In this document: in pieces, positions 50,608 through 60,067 of the stretch
How positions within the stretch are numbered: the stretch's first letter is position 1
How the letters are laid out: every line of letters begins with the position of its first letter
Assembly: GCA_002840365.1 (NCBI GenBank)
Contig: PHAO01000001.1
Span: forward strand, 85,101 to 149,100
Direction of reading: 5' to 3'
DNA: 64,000 nucleotides
Origin: Candidatus Dojkabacteria bacterium HGW-Dojkabacteria-1
Lineage (GTDB): Bacteria > Patescibacteriota > Dojkabacteria > SC72
Notes under the pieces: model-generated
The model's input: only the letters and a program-made list of their open reading frames with translations
Databases searched by the model: none
What the model was told of the DNA's origin: nothing
Translations under genes and position numbers: made by a program

Positions 50608-52224
50608 ATGTATTTAACCCCGTATCAAAAAAGACAAATAAAAATTGTAGCTGCTTTAGTAATTGGTATTCCATTAACGATTTTTGCTGTGTACCAAGGG
50701 GTTCGATACCTTTCACGTGCTGGTGCAGAGGCAGTACCTAAAGATGTTGTAGTTACAAATCTAACAACAAATTCTCTAACAGTAACATGGTTTACAGATA
50801 CACCTGCTGATGGATATGTTGTACCTGTATTAAATGGAGTAGAACAAAGTCCTGTTAGAGATAAAAGGGGAGGGGGTAACAGAACATCTCACTATGTTGA
50901 ACTGCGTAGTTTAGAACCTAATACAAAATATTCCTTTGTAATTGTTTCTGGAGGTACAAAGTATACAAACAGTGGTGGTAATAACTATGAATTTACAACG
51001 GCTCCAGTTGGGGCAGATACCCCTATTCCCAATCCAATTCATGGCTCTGTAACAGGAATATCTAATGATGATGTGATAATATATGTTTTCCCTAAAAACA
51101 ATAGTGCATATCCAGTATCAACCACTATTCCAAGTGGTGGAAACTGGATCGTAGATCTTTCTTCCTTTAGAAAAATAAGTGACAAGAGTATGTTAAGAAT
51201 TACTGATGATACAGAACTTGTTCTTCTTGCAAAAAATACCACTGGTAAAGGAGCGCTTTTAGAAGGGGCATATTCATCACTTTTTGATAGTAATGGGAAA
51301 TTAAATCAAACACTATCCTTAAGAATAGAGGATATTTCTGATTTAATATCTTTCTTTCCAAATGAATCTAAAATGGGAGCAACGCAAGCAAGTACTCCTA
51401 CGCCTTCTCCTTCTCCAACGCCTACACCCACTCCTACTCCAACACCTGAACCAGATGATGAGGATATAGATATTGATACCAATTATCAAATTGTGCATGA
51501 TTTGAGATGGATAGATATGGTTACTGGTGATGCACAAGCTTCTTTAGATTCAGGAGAGTCTACTATCTTGATTACAAATCTTACAGATGTAGGTTTTACA
51601 GTAATTTGGAGATCTCCACAAAAAGTAGAGGGATATATTAAATATGGTACTAGTAAAACTGCTCTTACAGAGGAATCATGGGATGTAAGAGATGGTCTCT
51701 CATCTAGAAACACTTACTATGCTCATGCGGTTGATACAGCAAGACTAGATCCAAATACAACATACTACTTTGAAGTCTATTCAGGAGAAACTAAATACAA
51801 CAATTCAGGAAATATGTACTCTGTTACAACATTCTCTACCCTTGGTTCTCCACCACCATTTGAAACTAAATCTGGATCTATATCTAATGCAACGAATCCA
51901 GGAGATTGGATATTGGTAGGTAAGATTGTTGATGACGATGATGCAGGAACATCTGGTTCATCAAGATATCTTTCAACAGTTCCTGATGACAATGGGAATT
52001 GGATATTAACTTTGGGAGACGCAAGAAGTGAAGATGGTTCTTCATATTTCTCCTTCTCTAACTCAGATATTTTAAGCATATATTTGCTTGGAGATAGTAA
52101 GAAACTTTTTGACAACAAAATTTCTCTTTCAGAGATACCAATAGACGCATCTTTGGTTGGAGGTGGGGTCTCTGTAAGTAAGGTTAAATTGCTTTCTGAC
52201 TATGGAATCGTTAATATAAAGTAG
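50608..52224 (+). CDS. Surface protein with duplicated FN3-like modules and Pro/Thr linker
   Basis: TM+SRA; two copies of TNLT...TV.W...H.V....L.PNT.Y.F...SG..KY and GNWI. Confidence 0.75.
   Translation: MYLTPYQKRQIKIVAALVIGIPLTIFAVYQGVRYLSRAGAEAVPKDVVVTNLTTNSLTVTWFTDTPADGYVVPVLNGVEQSPVRDKRGGGNRTSHYVELRSLEPNTKYSFVIVSGGTKYTNSGGNNYEFTTAPVGADTPIPNPIHGSVTGISNDDVIIYVFPKNNSAYPVSTTIPSGGNWIVDLSSFRKISDKSMLRITDDTELVLLAKNTTGKGALLEGAYSSLFDSNGKLNQTLSLRIEDISDLISFFPNESKMGATQASTPTPSPSPTPTPTPTPTPEPDDEDIDIDTNYQIVHDLRWIDMVTGDAQASLDSGESTILITNLTDVGFTVIWRSPQKVEGYIKYGTSKTALTEESWDVRDGLSSRNTYYAHAVDTARLDPNTTYYFEVYSGETKYNNSGNMYSVTTFSTLGSPPPFETKSGSISNATNPGDWILVGKIVDDDDAGTSGSSRYLSTVPDDNGNWILTLGDARSEDGSSYFSFSNSDILSIYLLGDSKKLFDNKISLSEIPIDASLVGGGVSVSKVKLLSDYGIVNIK
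51394..51453 (+). repeat. Low-complexity (TP/SP)n linker
   Basis: Encodes TPTPSPSPTPTPTPTPTPEP with synonymous codon variation. Confidence 0.85.
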
Positions 52225-52273
52225 GGTTTGTGTATTGTATTAAAATGCATTAGAATCAGGTGCTTAATCAAGA

Positions 52274-53605
52274 ATGAGAATGTATCTAGACAAATTAAAA
52301 CCAATATTTTTACTCTTTGTAATGACAGTTTCGTCATTAGGTATAGTTTTTGTCGTAAATCAATTTAAGGATACTTCTAAGTATGTAAAACCTGTTGAGG
52401 GGGCTTTGGAAGTTAAGATTGTCGAGAACAGTACAGCATTAGTAAATAACAGTGATACCACTATTCCACAGAAAGTATCAGAGGATAATCAGGGAATAGT
52501 TTTGAGTACAGAGGCAACAAATTCATGTGCACAAGCGATTATTAAAATACAGTCATATTCTGTATGTTCTAGATCTGGTACAGCAGAAGAGGATTACAAA
52601 ACAGGAAATAGGTCGGGTAATACTGTGAGTAAAAATTCCACAGTAAAGCTTATTGAAGTTACTATACCTTTAGAACTTTTTGCAGGTTCTGATGTAAAAG
52701 ATTCTAATCGTAAACTAACTGATACTACGCCTATTAATCTCTCTGCAGGTAATATGTTTGATGATAAAATTGCAAACGGTCAATTACCTCCTGGGGTTCA
52801 AATCTCTGAATATAAGCCTTCTGTAAAAAATAGGCCTTTTTCTATGCCATATTCTACTGCTTTTGAACAAAAAGCAAACATTAATAGTGAAGAGGGAGAG
52901 GTTGTTCAGGATAAAAAATTGGGAGGATATAAATGTGAACATTGTAAAAATGAATCAAATGTTACTCCTCATAGAACGAATCAGTTGAGTACTTTCATGG
53001 TAGATATCTTGTATAGGACGCCTGGTGAAAAGAATCAGGTAAAAGCTGAAGATGCAATTGAATCATGTTCTGATAAAGATGATTTTATTGAATGGAATAA
53101 CAATAATAGGAAATCATGTGCATTAAGCACAGTTACTGTAGCAGTAGAATTAATAAAATCCATACCAGAATCTATTTGGAGTGAATGTAAAGGAGGGGTT
53201 AAATATGATCAAAATGGAAACCCTATCCCTCCTAGTGAAGATTGTATTTTTCCTGAAGACATAATAATAAAAATGACCTCTGGGTTTGGTTCTGATAGGG
53301 AGTGTCCTGATGGAGTTTGTACTAATAAGTATATGAATACAAGAAATAATGTTGCACTAGCTCCTATAGATGCTAATAAGACAAATAAGCAATATTTTAC
53401 GACTGCATGTAAGGTAATCATTGAAGGTAAGGTATATACTGTAAAGTGTGCTTGGGATATGTCTCATCTTTATAAAGAAAGGAAATTTTCTGAGTACGAT
53501 GATTTGCCAGGTGTAGAGAGTACACCTACAAAAGACCAATATACTAGATATCTGTTAGAAGAAGGAGATCGTAGAAAAGATGCTCCTGAGATAAAAATCT
53601 TTTAG
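52274..53605 (+). CDS. Cys-rich membrane-anchored/secreted hypothetical protein
   Basis: N-terminal TM; numerous Cys in the soluble part. Confidence 0.7.
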   Translation: MRMYLDKLKPIFLLFVMTVSSLGIVFVVNQFKDTSKYVKPVEGALEVKIVENSTALVNNSDTTIPQKVSEDNQGIVLSTEATNSCAQAIIKIQSYSVCSRSGTAEEDYKTGNRSGNTVSKNSTVKLIEVTIPLELFAGSDVKDSNRKLTDTTPINLSAGNMFDDKIANGQLPPGVQISEYKPSVKNRPFSMPYSTAFEQKANINSEEGEVVQDKKLGGYKCEHCKNESNVTPHRTNQLSTFMVDILYRTPGEKNQVKAEDAIESCSDKDDFIEWNNNNRKSCALSTVTVAVELIKSIPESIWSECKGGVKYDQNGNPIPPSEDCIFPEDIIIKMTSGFGSDRECPDGVCTNKYMNTRNNVALAPIDANKTNKQYFTTACKVIIEGKVYTVKCAWDMSHLYKERKFSEYDDLPGVESTPTKDQYTRYLLEEGDRRKDAPEIKIF

Positions 53606-53627
53606 ATTAATTTTTTAATAAACAAAA

Positions 53628-55109
53628 ATGAGTATTACGCTCCAAGTATATGAAAAGATTTTGATATTGAAGGAATTTGTTACTAGAAAAACATTCCAAA
53701 ATGCATTTCTAGGATTTCTTTCTTTGCTTCTTTTCTTCGGTGTAATGAATGTATATGCACAAGAAGATGCAAAAATATCTCCCGATTGGGGTGGTACAAA
53801 AGAGTTTCATAATGAGATAAGTGGAACGAATAGAGACGAGGATAATATGAATAGTAGGCAAGGTTTAGAAGTACTCAATACGAGCTGGACAGTATTATCC
53901 TTAATGGCTCCAGAGGTAACTGAAAATGGTGAACAAGCTATGAGTAATCCTAATGTTCCATATGATTTAAGAAGGGGAGCTTTAGGTATGTTAGAAGATG
54001 CAGGGAATCTTGTAGTGGCCTCATATCCCGTTGTAGATATCCCACAACATTTAGCACAAGAATGGGTTCCTGGATACAGAGAGAATGTTACAGGTTTGTA
54101 TGCCCAGAACTCTTCTGCAGGACATAATTCTGGATATCAAGAATTAATGAGTAGTGGAATAGTTAGCCTTTGGAATAGAACTCTAAATCTTTCATATGTA
54201 GCTTTTGTTTTAATAATGATTGTTGCAGGATTTATGATTATGTTCAGACATAAGCTAGGAGGTCAAACTATGGTTACCATAGGTAATGTTCTTCCTGGTG
54301 TAATTACGGCATTAATATTAGCAACCTTTAGTTTTGCAATTGCAGGTTTAATCATTGATTTAGGTGGAGTTGCTACAGGTCTTGTAGCCTTCATTCTAGG
54401 AGATGGAGCTGAAATAAAATCAATCTCTTCCCTCGGAGGATTAATGGCTACAGTTCTTAGTGGTGGAGTCGGTATGGCAACAGTTATTAGTGCAGTTGGA
54501 GGAGGTTTGTTGCTAGGAGGTGCCGCTATCGGTGCTGGTGGACTTGCTGCTATTGCATCTGGTCCTGTTGGATGGTTGATTCTTGGTGCCGTTGGAGCAA
54601 TTGGAATTATATTTGCAATTATAATCATTGGAATAATCTTTGTAGGAGCTCTTAAAGTCATTATCGCTTTGTACAAAGCATATTTCTCTTTACTTTTAGC
54701 AGTGATACTTGGACCAATACAAATAACCTTGGGTGCAATGCCAGGTAATAGTCATATGATTAATAACTGGTTCTTAACGGTATTAAGGAATGTATTGGTA
54801 TTTCCTGTAGTACTATTCATTGTTAATATCCCAAATGCCCTTATGAACTCTGGAAGTGATGTCTTCCTTAGATTCCCAGGGAAATTAGTTTATGAAGACC
54901 CTGCAACATATGATGCATGGGATTTAAATGCTGCAAGTGGAATTTTCATATTCATCCTTAAAATCTTTGTACTCTACTTCGCAGCTCAAGCACCTAAGTT
55001 CCTTGAATCTTGGTTCCCACCAAATACACCTAAGGCAATAGGAGAGGGTATTGGGGCGGCTCAAGCAAGTCTTTCAAAGATTCCTTTGGTAGGTGGATTC
55101 TTTAAGTAA
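53628..55109 (+). CDS. Polytopic membrane protein, VirB6/TrbL-like
   Basis: W...LNL.Y..F..IMIVAGF.IMF, LATFSFAI.GLIID, Gly-rich TM hairpin, L....GP.......PG....WF pattern. Confidence 0.55.
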   Translation: MSITLQVYEKILILKEFVTRKTFQNAFLGFLSLLLFFGVMNVYAQEDAKISPDWGGTKEFHNEISGTNRDEDNMNSRQGLEVLNTSWTVLSLMAPEVTENGEQAMSNPNVPYDLRRGALGMLEDAGNLVVASYPVVDIPQHLAQEWVPGYRENVTGLYAQNSSAGHNSGYQELMSSGIVSLWNRTLNLSYVAFVLIMIVAGFMIMFRHKLGGQTMVTIGNVLPGVITALILATFSFAIAGLIIDLGGVATGLVAFILGDGAEIKSISSLGGLMATVLSGGVGMATVISAVGGGLLLGGAAIGAGGLAAIASGPVGWLILGAVGAIGIIFAIIIIGIIFVGALKVIIALYKAYFSLLLAVILGPIQITLGAMPGNSHMINNWFLTVLRNVLVFPVVLFIVNIPNALMNSGSDVFLRFPGKLVYEDPATYDAWDLNAASGIFIFILKIFVLYFAAQAPKFLESWFPPNTPKAIGEGIGAAQASLSKIPLVGGFFK

Positions 55110-55127
55110 TAGTTAAGTACTTGATAT

Positions 55128-57776
55128 ATGGCAAAGAAACCTAAATCAGACAATTTTGATGCTTTAGGTAGTGTCTATGATTTCCTTTTCACTGAAGCAA
55201 AGAAGAAACCAGAGAAAAGAAGACCTATAAAGCCAACTGAGGTTTCAGGTACCAGTATGATGACCGATGCTGTTTTTGCGGCATTGGAAAAACCTGGTGC
55301 CTTTATTTCAAACACCATTGTAGATGAATTTAACGGGGCTCTAGATTTGGAGCTTGGTGTTGTTCAATTTGATACCACTGGAAAGTTTAAAATTACATCG
55401 AATTCTTTAGTAGAAATTTTAAAAGATCCTCAAAAGGCGGTCGAGAAGTCAATTGCAAAAAACCAAGCAATTAGGAAATCCATGCGAGCTACATATCTCC
55501 GAGAATTTATGAAGGACTTTGTTGCCACAGGATGGGCTAGAAAATATGGAGATATTGAAGCACAAAAAGCAGTGTATGGTTCCAGTATTGCATCAAGACA
55601 AAGACTTCTCTCTGAAGAAAGCTATGCAGTCGCAAAGGCAATTGGTCAATACTCAGGAGGTAATATAGACATGGGTTCATATGGGAAGATGAGCTCTGCA
55701 GAAAATGAATTCCTTCACAAAAGATCTCTAGAACTTGTTCGTAGAAAGATGATTCCTCAAGATAAGTGGGATTCTCTCTCTGAGCAAGAAAAAGCATCCT
55801 TTAGAGAAGCATTCCTTAGAGAAAATTCTTGGAAGAAATTTAAGGATACTGATGTTCCAGATACTTCATTACAACAATTTCTAAATGCAAGATTTGGTAC
55901 CGAAGGAGCTGGTATGTACCAGAGATATATAGATACTACAGACAAAGACGTAGCAAAAAGAAACATCGCTGATCCTAAGAAATATCTACAGCTTGAAACC
56001 GCATATCTTGATGAAAATATCAAAAGCTTAGAAAACATTACAAACCGTAATGAACAACAACAAAGAAATTTAGATGTATATAGAAAGACAAAATATCTTT
56101 TAGACAAAGGAAAGGGAGAGGCAAAATTACGTACGGAGTTAGAAAGAATTAGAACTGACCTTCGAAGTGTAACGGATCCTACTCAGAAAAGATTGCTAGA
56201 AAGAGAGTTAAAGGACACGAGAACAGCACTCAGATATATTTCCGGAGATAACTTGATGGGTAGGATAGGCAAATGGGAGGGGTATGTTAATAGCTGGAAT
56301 ATGATTTATGGTCCAAAGGGTTCTCAGCTATTTCAAAGTGTATTAACAGGGGATTTTTTTGATGCAAAGAAAAATACTATATTTTGTCCGACGAAAGTTA
56401 GTGAAATTGATAACAGGGGTGGAAAAATCGAAATAATGGTTGGAGCAACATCTCCTAGGGGTCTTATTAATGCATATAATCAGATGGGAACTCAACTCTA
56501 CTATATGACCCCAAGATCTGTATTCAGAACTCTTTTCTATAATGGTGAGGGTTTTACATACCTACTCTTTAAGAAGTTAGAAAAAGAGCAAGATCTTCTT
56601 AAAACTCTTGCGACAGGCTTAGGAGAGAAAGATTTCAAAACAGAAAACCTACTAGGGTTACTTATTAATAAAGACATGAATACTTTCCTTACAGATAATG
56701 CTTCAAAGTTTAGCCCTGAAGACTTGGAAAAGATAAAGAAATTTTTTGAATCAAACAAAAACTTTTCATCTGTAATAAAAGTATTTAGTACAGGAAGTAG
56801 AATACAGCAAATAATACAATCAAGAGTTAATGCTATTACTGCACCAATAAGAAGAAAGATTGCAGAAAAATTCCTAATGAAATTTGTATCAAAATATGGA
56901 GGAGCTGAGCTATTGAACCAGTGGATTATGAAAGGTGGTATTAATGTAATGGTTAGATCTTTAGCAACAGGAATCGCGGGAGCTCTTGGATTAGTTGCTA
57001 CTCCACTTGGGAGTGCAATAATAACGGCAATCACATGGGTTTTAACAGATTTAGCAATGAAGGCATTTGCTCAAATGCTAATAGTTGGAAAATATATACT
57101 GTTTGGTTTAATTGGAATTGTTTTCCTAGTAATATTCTGGGCAAGTGGTTCAGTAAAAAGTTTCAATAAAAACAATTTCTCCTACTACAATGAAACCCCT
57201 GGCTCAATAATCCAGTGTTCATTGTACGAAGAAAGAGACCTTGGTACAGGTGATGAAGCTCCTTGGGGAGATACAATAATACCTCCTCCATCTGGAGAAA
57301 GCTGTGTATTTGGAGCAGGATCATTCTGGTGTTCACAGGGGTATAAAGATACAAAAGGTTGGAGTCACCAAAATATTAACCATTTAATGCCAGTAGACTT
57401 AACAAGTGTAGGATATATATATGCTCCACAATTTTGTAGTACTGGAAATTGTAGTATAACGAGAATAGCAGTAATTAACTGTAGAGATGGATCTAATGCA
57501 GGAGGAATAGTTGAATTAACTGCAAGTAATGGTTCTACTACATACCTATTCAAACTTCTACATGTCAAACCACTTGCAGGATTAGGAGAGAAACTTAGTG
57601 GTGGTCAACCAGTTGCTGTTGTACAAGATAGGCCAGAGGTCGAAAGAGGATGGTGTTGGACAGGTAAACACTTACACTTAGAGACAAGACAAAATGGTGC
57701 AACTGTAGATCCACTAAAACTCCTTCAAAGTTTTAGCTGTAATGTACCAGATGAGTCTAGCTGTGCAAGACCATAA
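55128..57776 (+). CDS. Large helical membrane protein with C-terminal M23 peptidase-like domain
   Basis: Long charged N-region, 2-3 TMs, then SH...PVDL, LLHV, TGKHLHLET, VDP. Confidence 0.72.
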   Translation: MAKKPKSDNFDALGSVYDFLFTEAKKKPEKRRPIKPTEVSGTSMMTDAVFAALEKPGAFISNTIVDEFNGALDLELGVVQFDTTGKFKITSNSLVEILKDPQKAVEKSIAKNQAIRKSMRATYLREFMKDFVATGWARKYGDIEAQKAVYGSSIASRQRLLSEESYAVAKAIGQYSGGNIDMGSYGKMSSAENEFLHKRSLELVRRKMIPQDKWDSLSEQEKASFREAFLRENSWKKFKDTDVPDTSLQQFLNARFGTEGAGMYQRYIDTTDKDVAKRNIADPKKYLQLETAYLDENIKSLENITNRNEQQQRNLDVYRKTKYLLDKGKGEAKLRTELERIRTDLRSVTDPTQKRLLERELKDTRTALRYISGDNLMGRIGKWEGYVNSWNMIYGPKGSQLFQSVLTGDFFDAKKNTIFCPTKVSEIDNRGGKIEIMVGATSPRGLINAYNQMGTQLYYMTPRSVFRTLFYNGEGFTYLLFKKLEKEQDLLKTLATGLGEKDFKTENLLGLLINKDMNTFLTDNASKFSPEDLEKIKKFFESNKNFSSVIKVFSTGSRIQQIIQSRVNAITAPIRRKIAEKFLMKFVSKYGGAELLNQWIMKGGINVMVRSLATGIAGALGLVATPLGSAIITAITWVLTDLAMKAFAQMLIVGKYILFGLIGIVFLVIFWASGSVKSFNKNNFSYYNETPGSIIQCSLYEERDLGTGDEAPWGDTIIPPPSGESCVFGAGSFWCSQGYKDTKGWSHQNINHLMPVDLTSVGYIYAPQFCSTGNCSITRIAVINCRDGSNAGGIVELTASNGSTTYLFKLLHVKPLAGLGEKLSGGQPVAVVQDRPEVERGWCWTGKHLHLETRQNGATVDPLKLLQSFSCNVPDESSCARP

Positions 57777-57799
57777 AGATAAGTTATTAAAATGCCCAA

Positions 57800-58771
57800 A
57801 TGAAAATACAAGGAAGTAAAAAAACAGCACTAATAGTATTAGGCATTTTTGTTGCAATACTCGTAGTTGTACTAGCTTTTGTTCTCTTCTCAGGAATGAG
57901 GAAAAAATATCCGGAAGATCCTGTAAAAATGAAAAACCTTGGAAGTAGTAATCAACAGGTTGAAATTACATCGCTTGATTTTCAGATAGAGGAGAAGGAT
58001 TTACCACTTTACTCTGTACAACCCAAAATACACATAAACCAGGTAGAACAGATGATAGATAGGATGGGACTATCTTTGCAAAGGAAGGATATCGTAAAAG
58101 ATAGCTATATTGAATGGAGTGATGGTGAAAATACATTTGTGTATGACTCTGTTCTTGATTCTGTCTCTTTTCAACTAAGTAGAAGAATATCTCTTGAAAG
58201 AGGTGGGTCATCCTTTAGTACTGCTTTCAAAAGATATTTTGATTTAGAATATGAGTTTAAACTTGTAAGAGAAAGAAAGAATCTAGATGGGGGTATTACA
58301 TATTACGGCTCGAGACTGCTTGATAATATGCCTATGCAGTATGGTGCAAACTATGAATACACAGATATTCTTAGTTTTAATACAGAGGGAAATTTAGAAT
58401 CAGGCAAATTACTACTAGCAGAGATAGAAAAACATGACTACTATCTACCACTAATAAACAAGAGAGAATTAAATGAATATATAAATACAAGAGGCTATCC
58501 TAAGGAACACTACATAGATACTTCAGTATTAGCGGATATACTTGAATTAGACTATCTTGATGATGAATGGTCTAAAATAGAAAATACATTGGAAGATTGT
58601 AGAGCAAGAACTCTTGAAACTGTATTTCTTTACAAAACATCTAACCAAGGATACCTTTTACCTGTATTCAAAATACTTTCGAATTGTAAGGTTGTTGCTT
58701 CTGGAAGTGAGTATACAGTACCTACAACATTCTATGTTAATGCTGTAGACCCTAGATATGTCTCATTGTAA
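57800..58771 (+). CDS. Hypothetical single-pass membrane protein
   Basis: N-terminal TM; 323-aa ORF. Confidence 0.7.
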   Translation: MKIQGSKKTALIVLGIFVAILVVVLAFVLFSGMRKKYPEDPVKMKNLGSSNQQVEITSLDFQIEEKDLPLYSVQPKIHINQVEQMIDRMGLSLQRKDIVKDSYIEWSDGENTFVYDSVLDSVSFQLSRRISLERGGSSFSTAFKRYFDLEYEFKLVRERKNLDGGITYYGSRLLDNMPMQYGANYEYTDILSFNTEGNLESGKLLLAEIEKHDYYLPLINKRELNEYINTRGYPKEHYIDTSVLADILELDYLDDEWSKIENTLEDCRARTLETVFLYKTSNQGYLLPVFKILSNCKVVASGSEYTVPTTFYVNAVDPRYVSL

Positions 58772-58795
58772 TAACCATTGTGATACAATATTGAA

Positions 58796-59983
58796 ATGAA
58801 AATTTTAAAACTTCTACAGATTACAATTCTTTCAACAGTTGTTCTTTTCCTTTTTTCTTCAACTTCCTATGCAATGGAAATAGTTGGAAGAGACAGTATT
58901 AAACTTGATGATGCCTTGGCAGAAAAAGAAATACTTTTCTCCCAACCTAGAAAAATTTACATAACTCAGGTTCACAGTAACAATAGAAATATTAAGAATG
59001 ATACAAAGGCATGGATTAGATCTATATACTACTACAGTATAACTAGGCTCAAATTGAATGATATCCCATACAACTATCTAATAGACAAAAGTGGAAATGT
59101 ATATGAAGTATCTAAAGGTGGTGTTGGAGCAAACCCTGGATTAGAAGCAGGAGATAACATTGTATTGATTGGTATTCTTGATAACAATACAGCTCTTACT
59201 CCCAGAACAGAATCCTCATTGGTAGAGCTTGTTGAAACTCTTTCATATAGATATGGAATTAAGCAAGATGGTTGGGATTTTGTTAATCTAAAAATAGTTT
59301 CTAATGAAAATGAGAGATCTTACTTAAGAGCAGAGAGTTCAAAAACTTCTACACTTCAATCTGTATCTCAAGCTCTCGCCAAAGTACGTTGGTCAGATAA
59401 AGAGCATTTAGATTACAAGGCAAGTATAGAGAAAGTAGAATACTCTCAGGAAGTAGAAGTAGGGCAAAAGCTTGAAGTAAAGGTAACAATAAAGAATGAA
59501 AATGATTTCCCATGGTTTGGAGATGTAACATATATATATGTTTCAACAAAAGATGCTAAAGAGAGTGCATATGCAATTAATTCTGTTTGGGAAAGTTTTA
59601 GTAGACCAACATATATCAAAGATAGGGTGGTAAAACCTGGTGATACAACAGAAGTAATATTCTCCCTTATGGGAAAGAGTCGCCCAGGTGAATACAAAGA
59701 GGTATTCGTCTTTACAAAAGATGAAACTGGTGTATTTGAAGGTTCCGAATTTGAAGTGGTATTTAAAATAATTGCAGGAGAAAAGAAGCTCGTAGAGGTA
59801 GTTTCTCCTCAGTATGGATTTGTAAACATTAGAGAGTGTAGATGGTTTAGCTGTAAAAAAGTAGAGGTTGCAAATCATGGAGATGTCTTCATCATGAATA
59901 AAAAAGAGGAAGGATGGTATGAAATCATATTTAATGAGAGTGATTTAGGTTGGGTTACCCAGCAGTATATTAGGGAGCTTTAA
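58796..59983 (+). CDS. Secreted amidase_2/PGRP-like + Ig-like + SH3 protein
   Basis: Signal peptide; DIPYNYLIDKSGNVYE; VTIKN...W...VKPG...F Ig-like; VNIR...GWYEI...GWV SH3b. Confidence 0.7.
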   Translation: MKILKLLQITILSTVVLFLFSSTSYAMEIVGRDSIKLDDALAEKEILFSQPRKIYITQVHSNNRNIKNDTKAWIRSIYYYSITRLKLNDIPYNYLIDKSGNVYEVSKGGVGANPGLEAGDNIVLIGILDNNTALTPRTESSLVELVETLSYRYGIKQDGWDFVNLKIVSNENERSYLRAESSKTSTLQSVSQALAKVRWSDKEHLDYKASIEKVEYSQEVEVGQKLEVKVTIKNENDFPWFGDVTYIYVSTKDAKESAYAINSVWESFSRPTYIKDRVVKPGDTTEVIFSLMGKSRPGEYKEVFVFTKDETGVFEGSEFEVVFKIIAGEKKLVEVVSPQYGFVNIRECRWFSCKKVEVANHGDVFIMNKKEEGWYEIIFNESDLGWVTQQYIREL

Positions 59984-60067
59984 CCTATAGCTAAATAGTT
60001 CCATATTCTTTGTCTTATAACCCTAAATTTCTGTATATCATATTTGAATTTGAATATAATCAAACAC

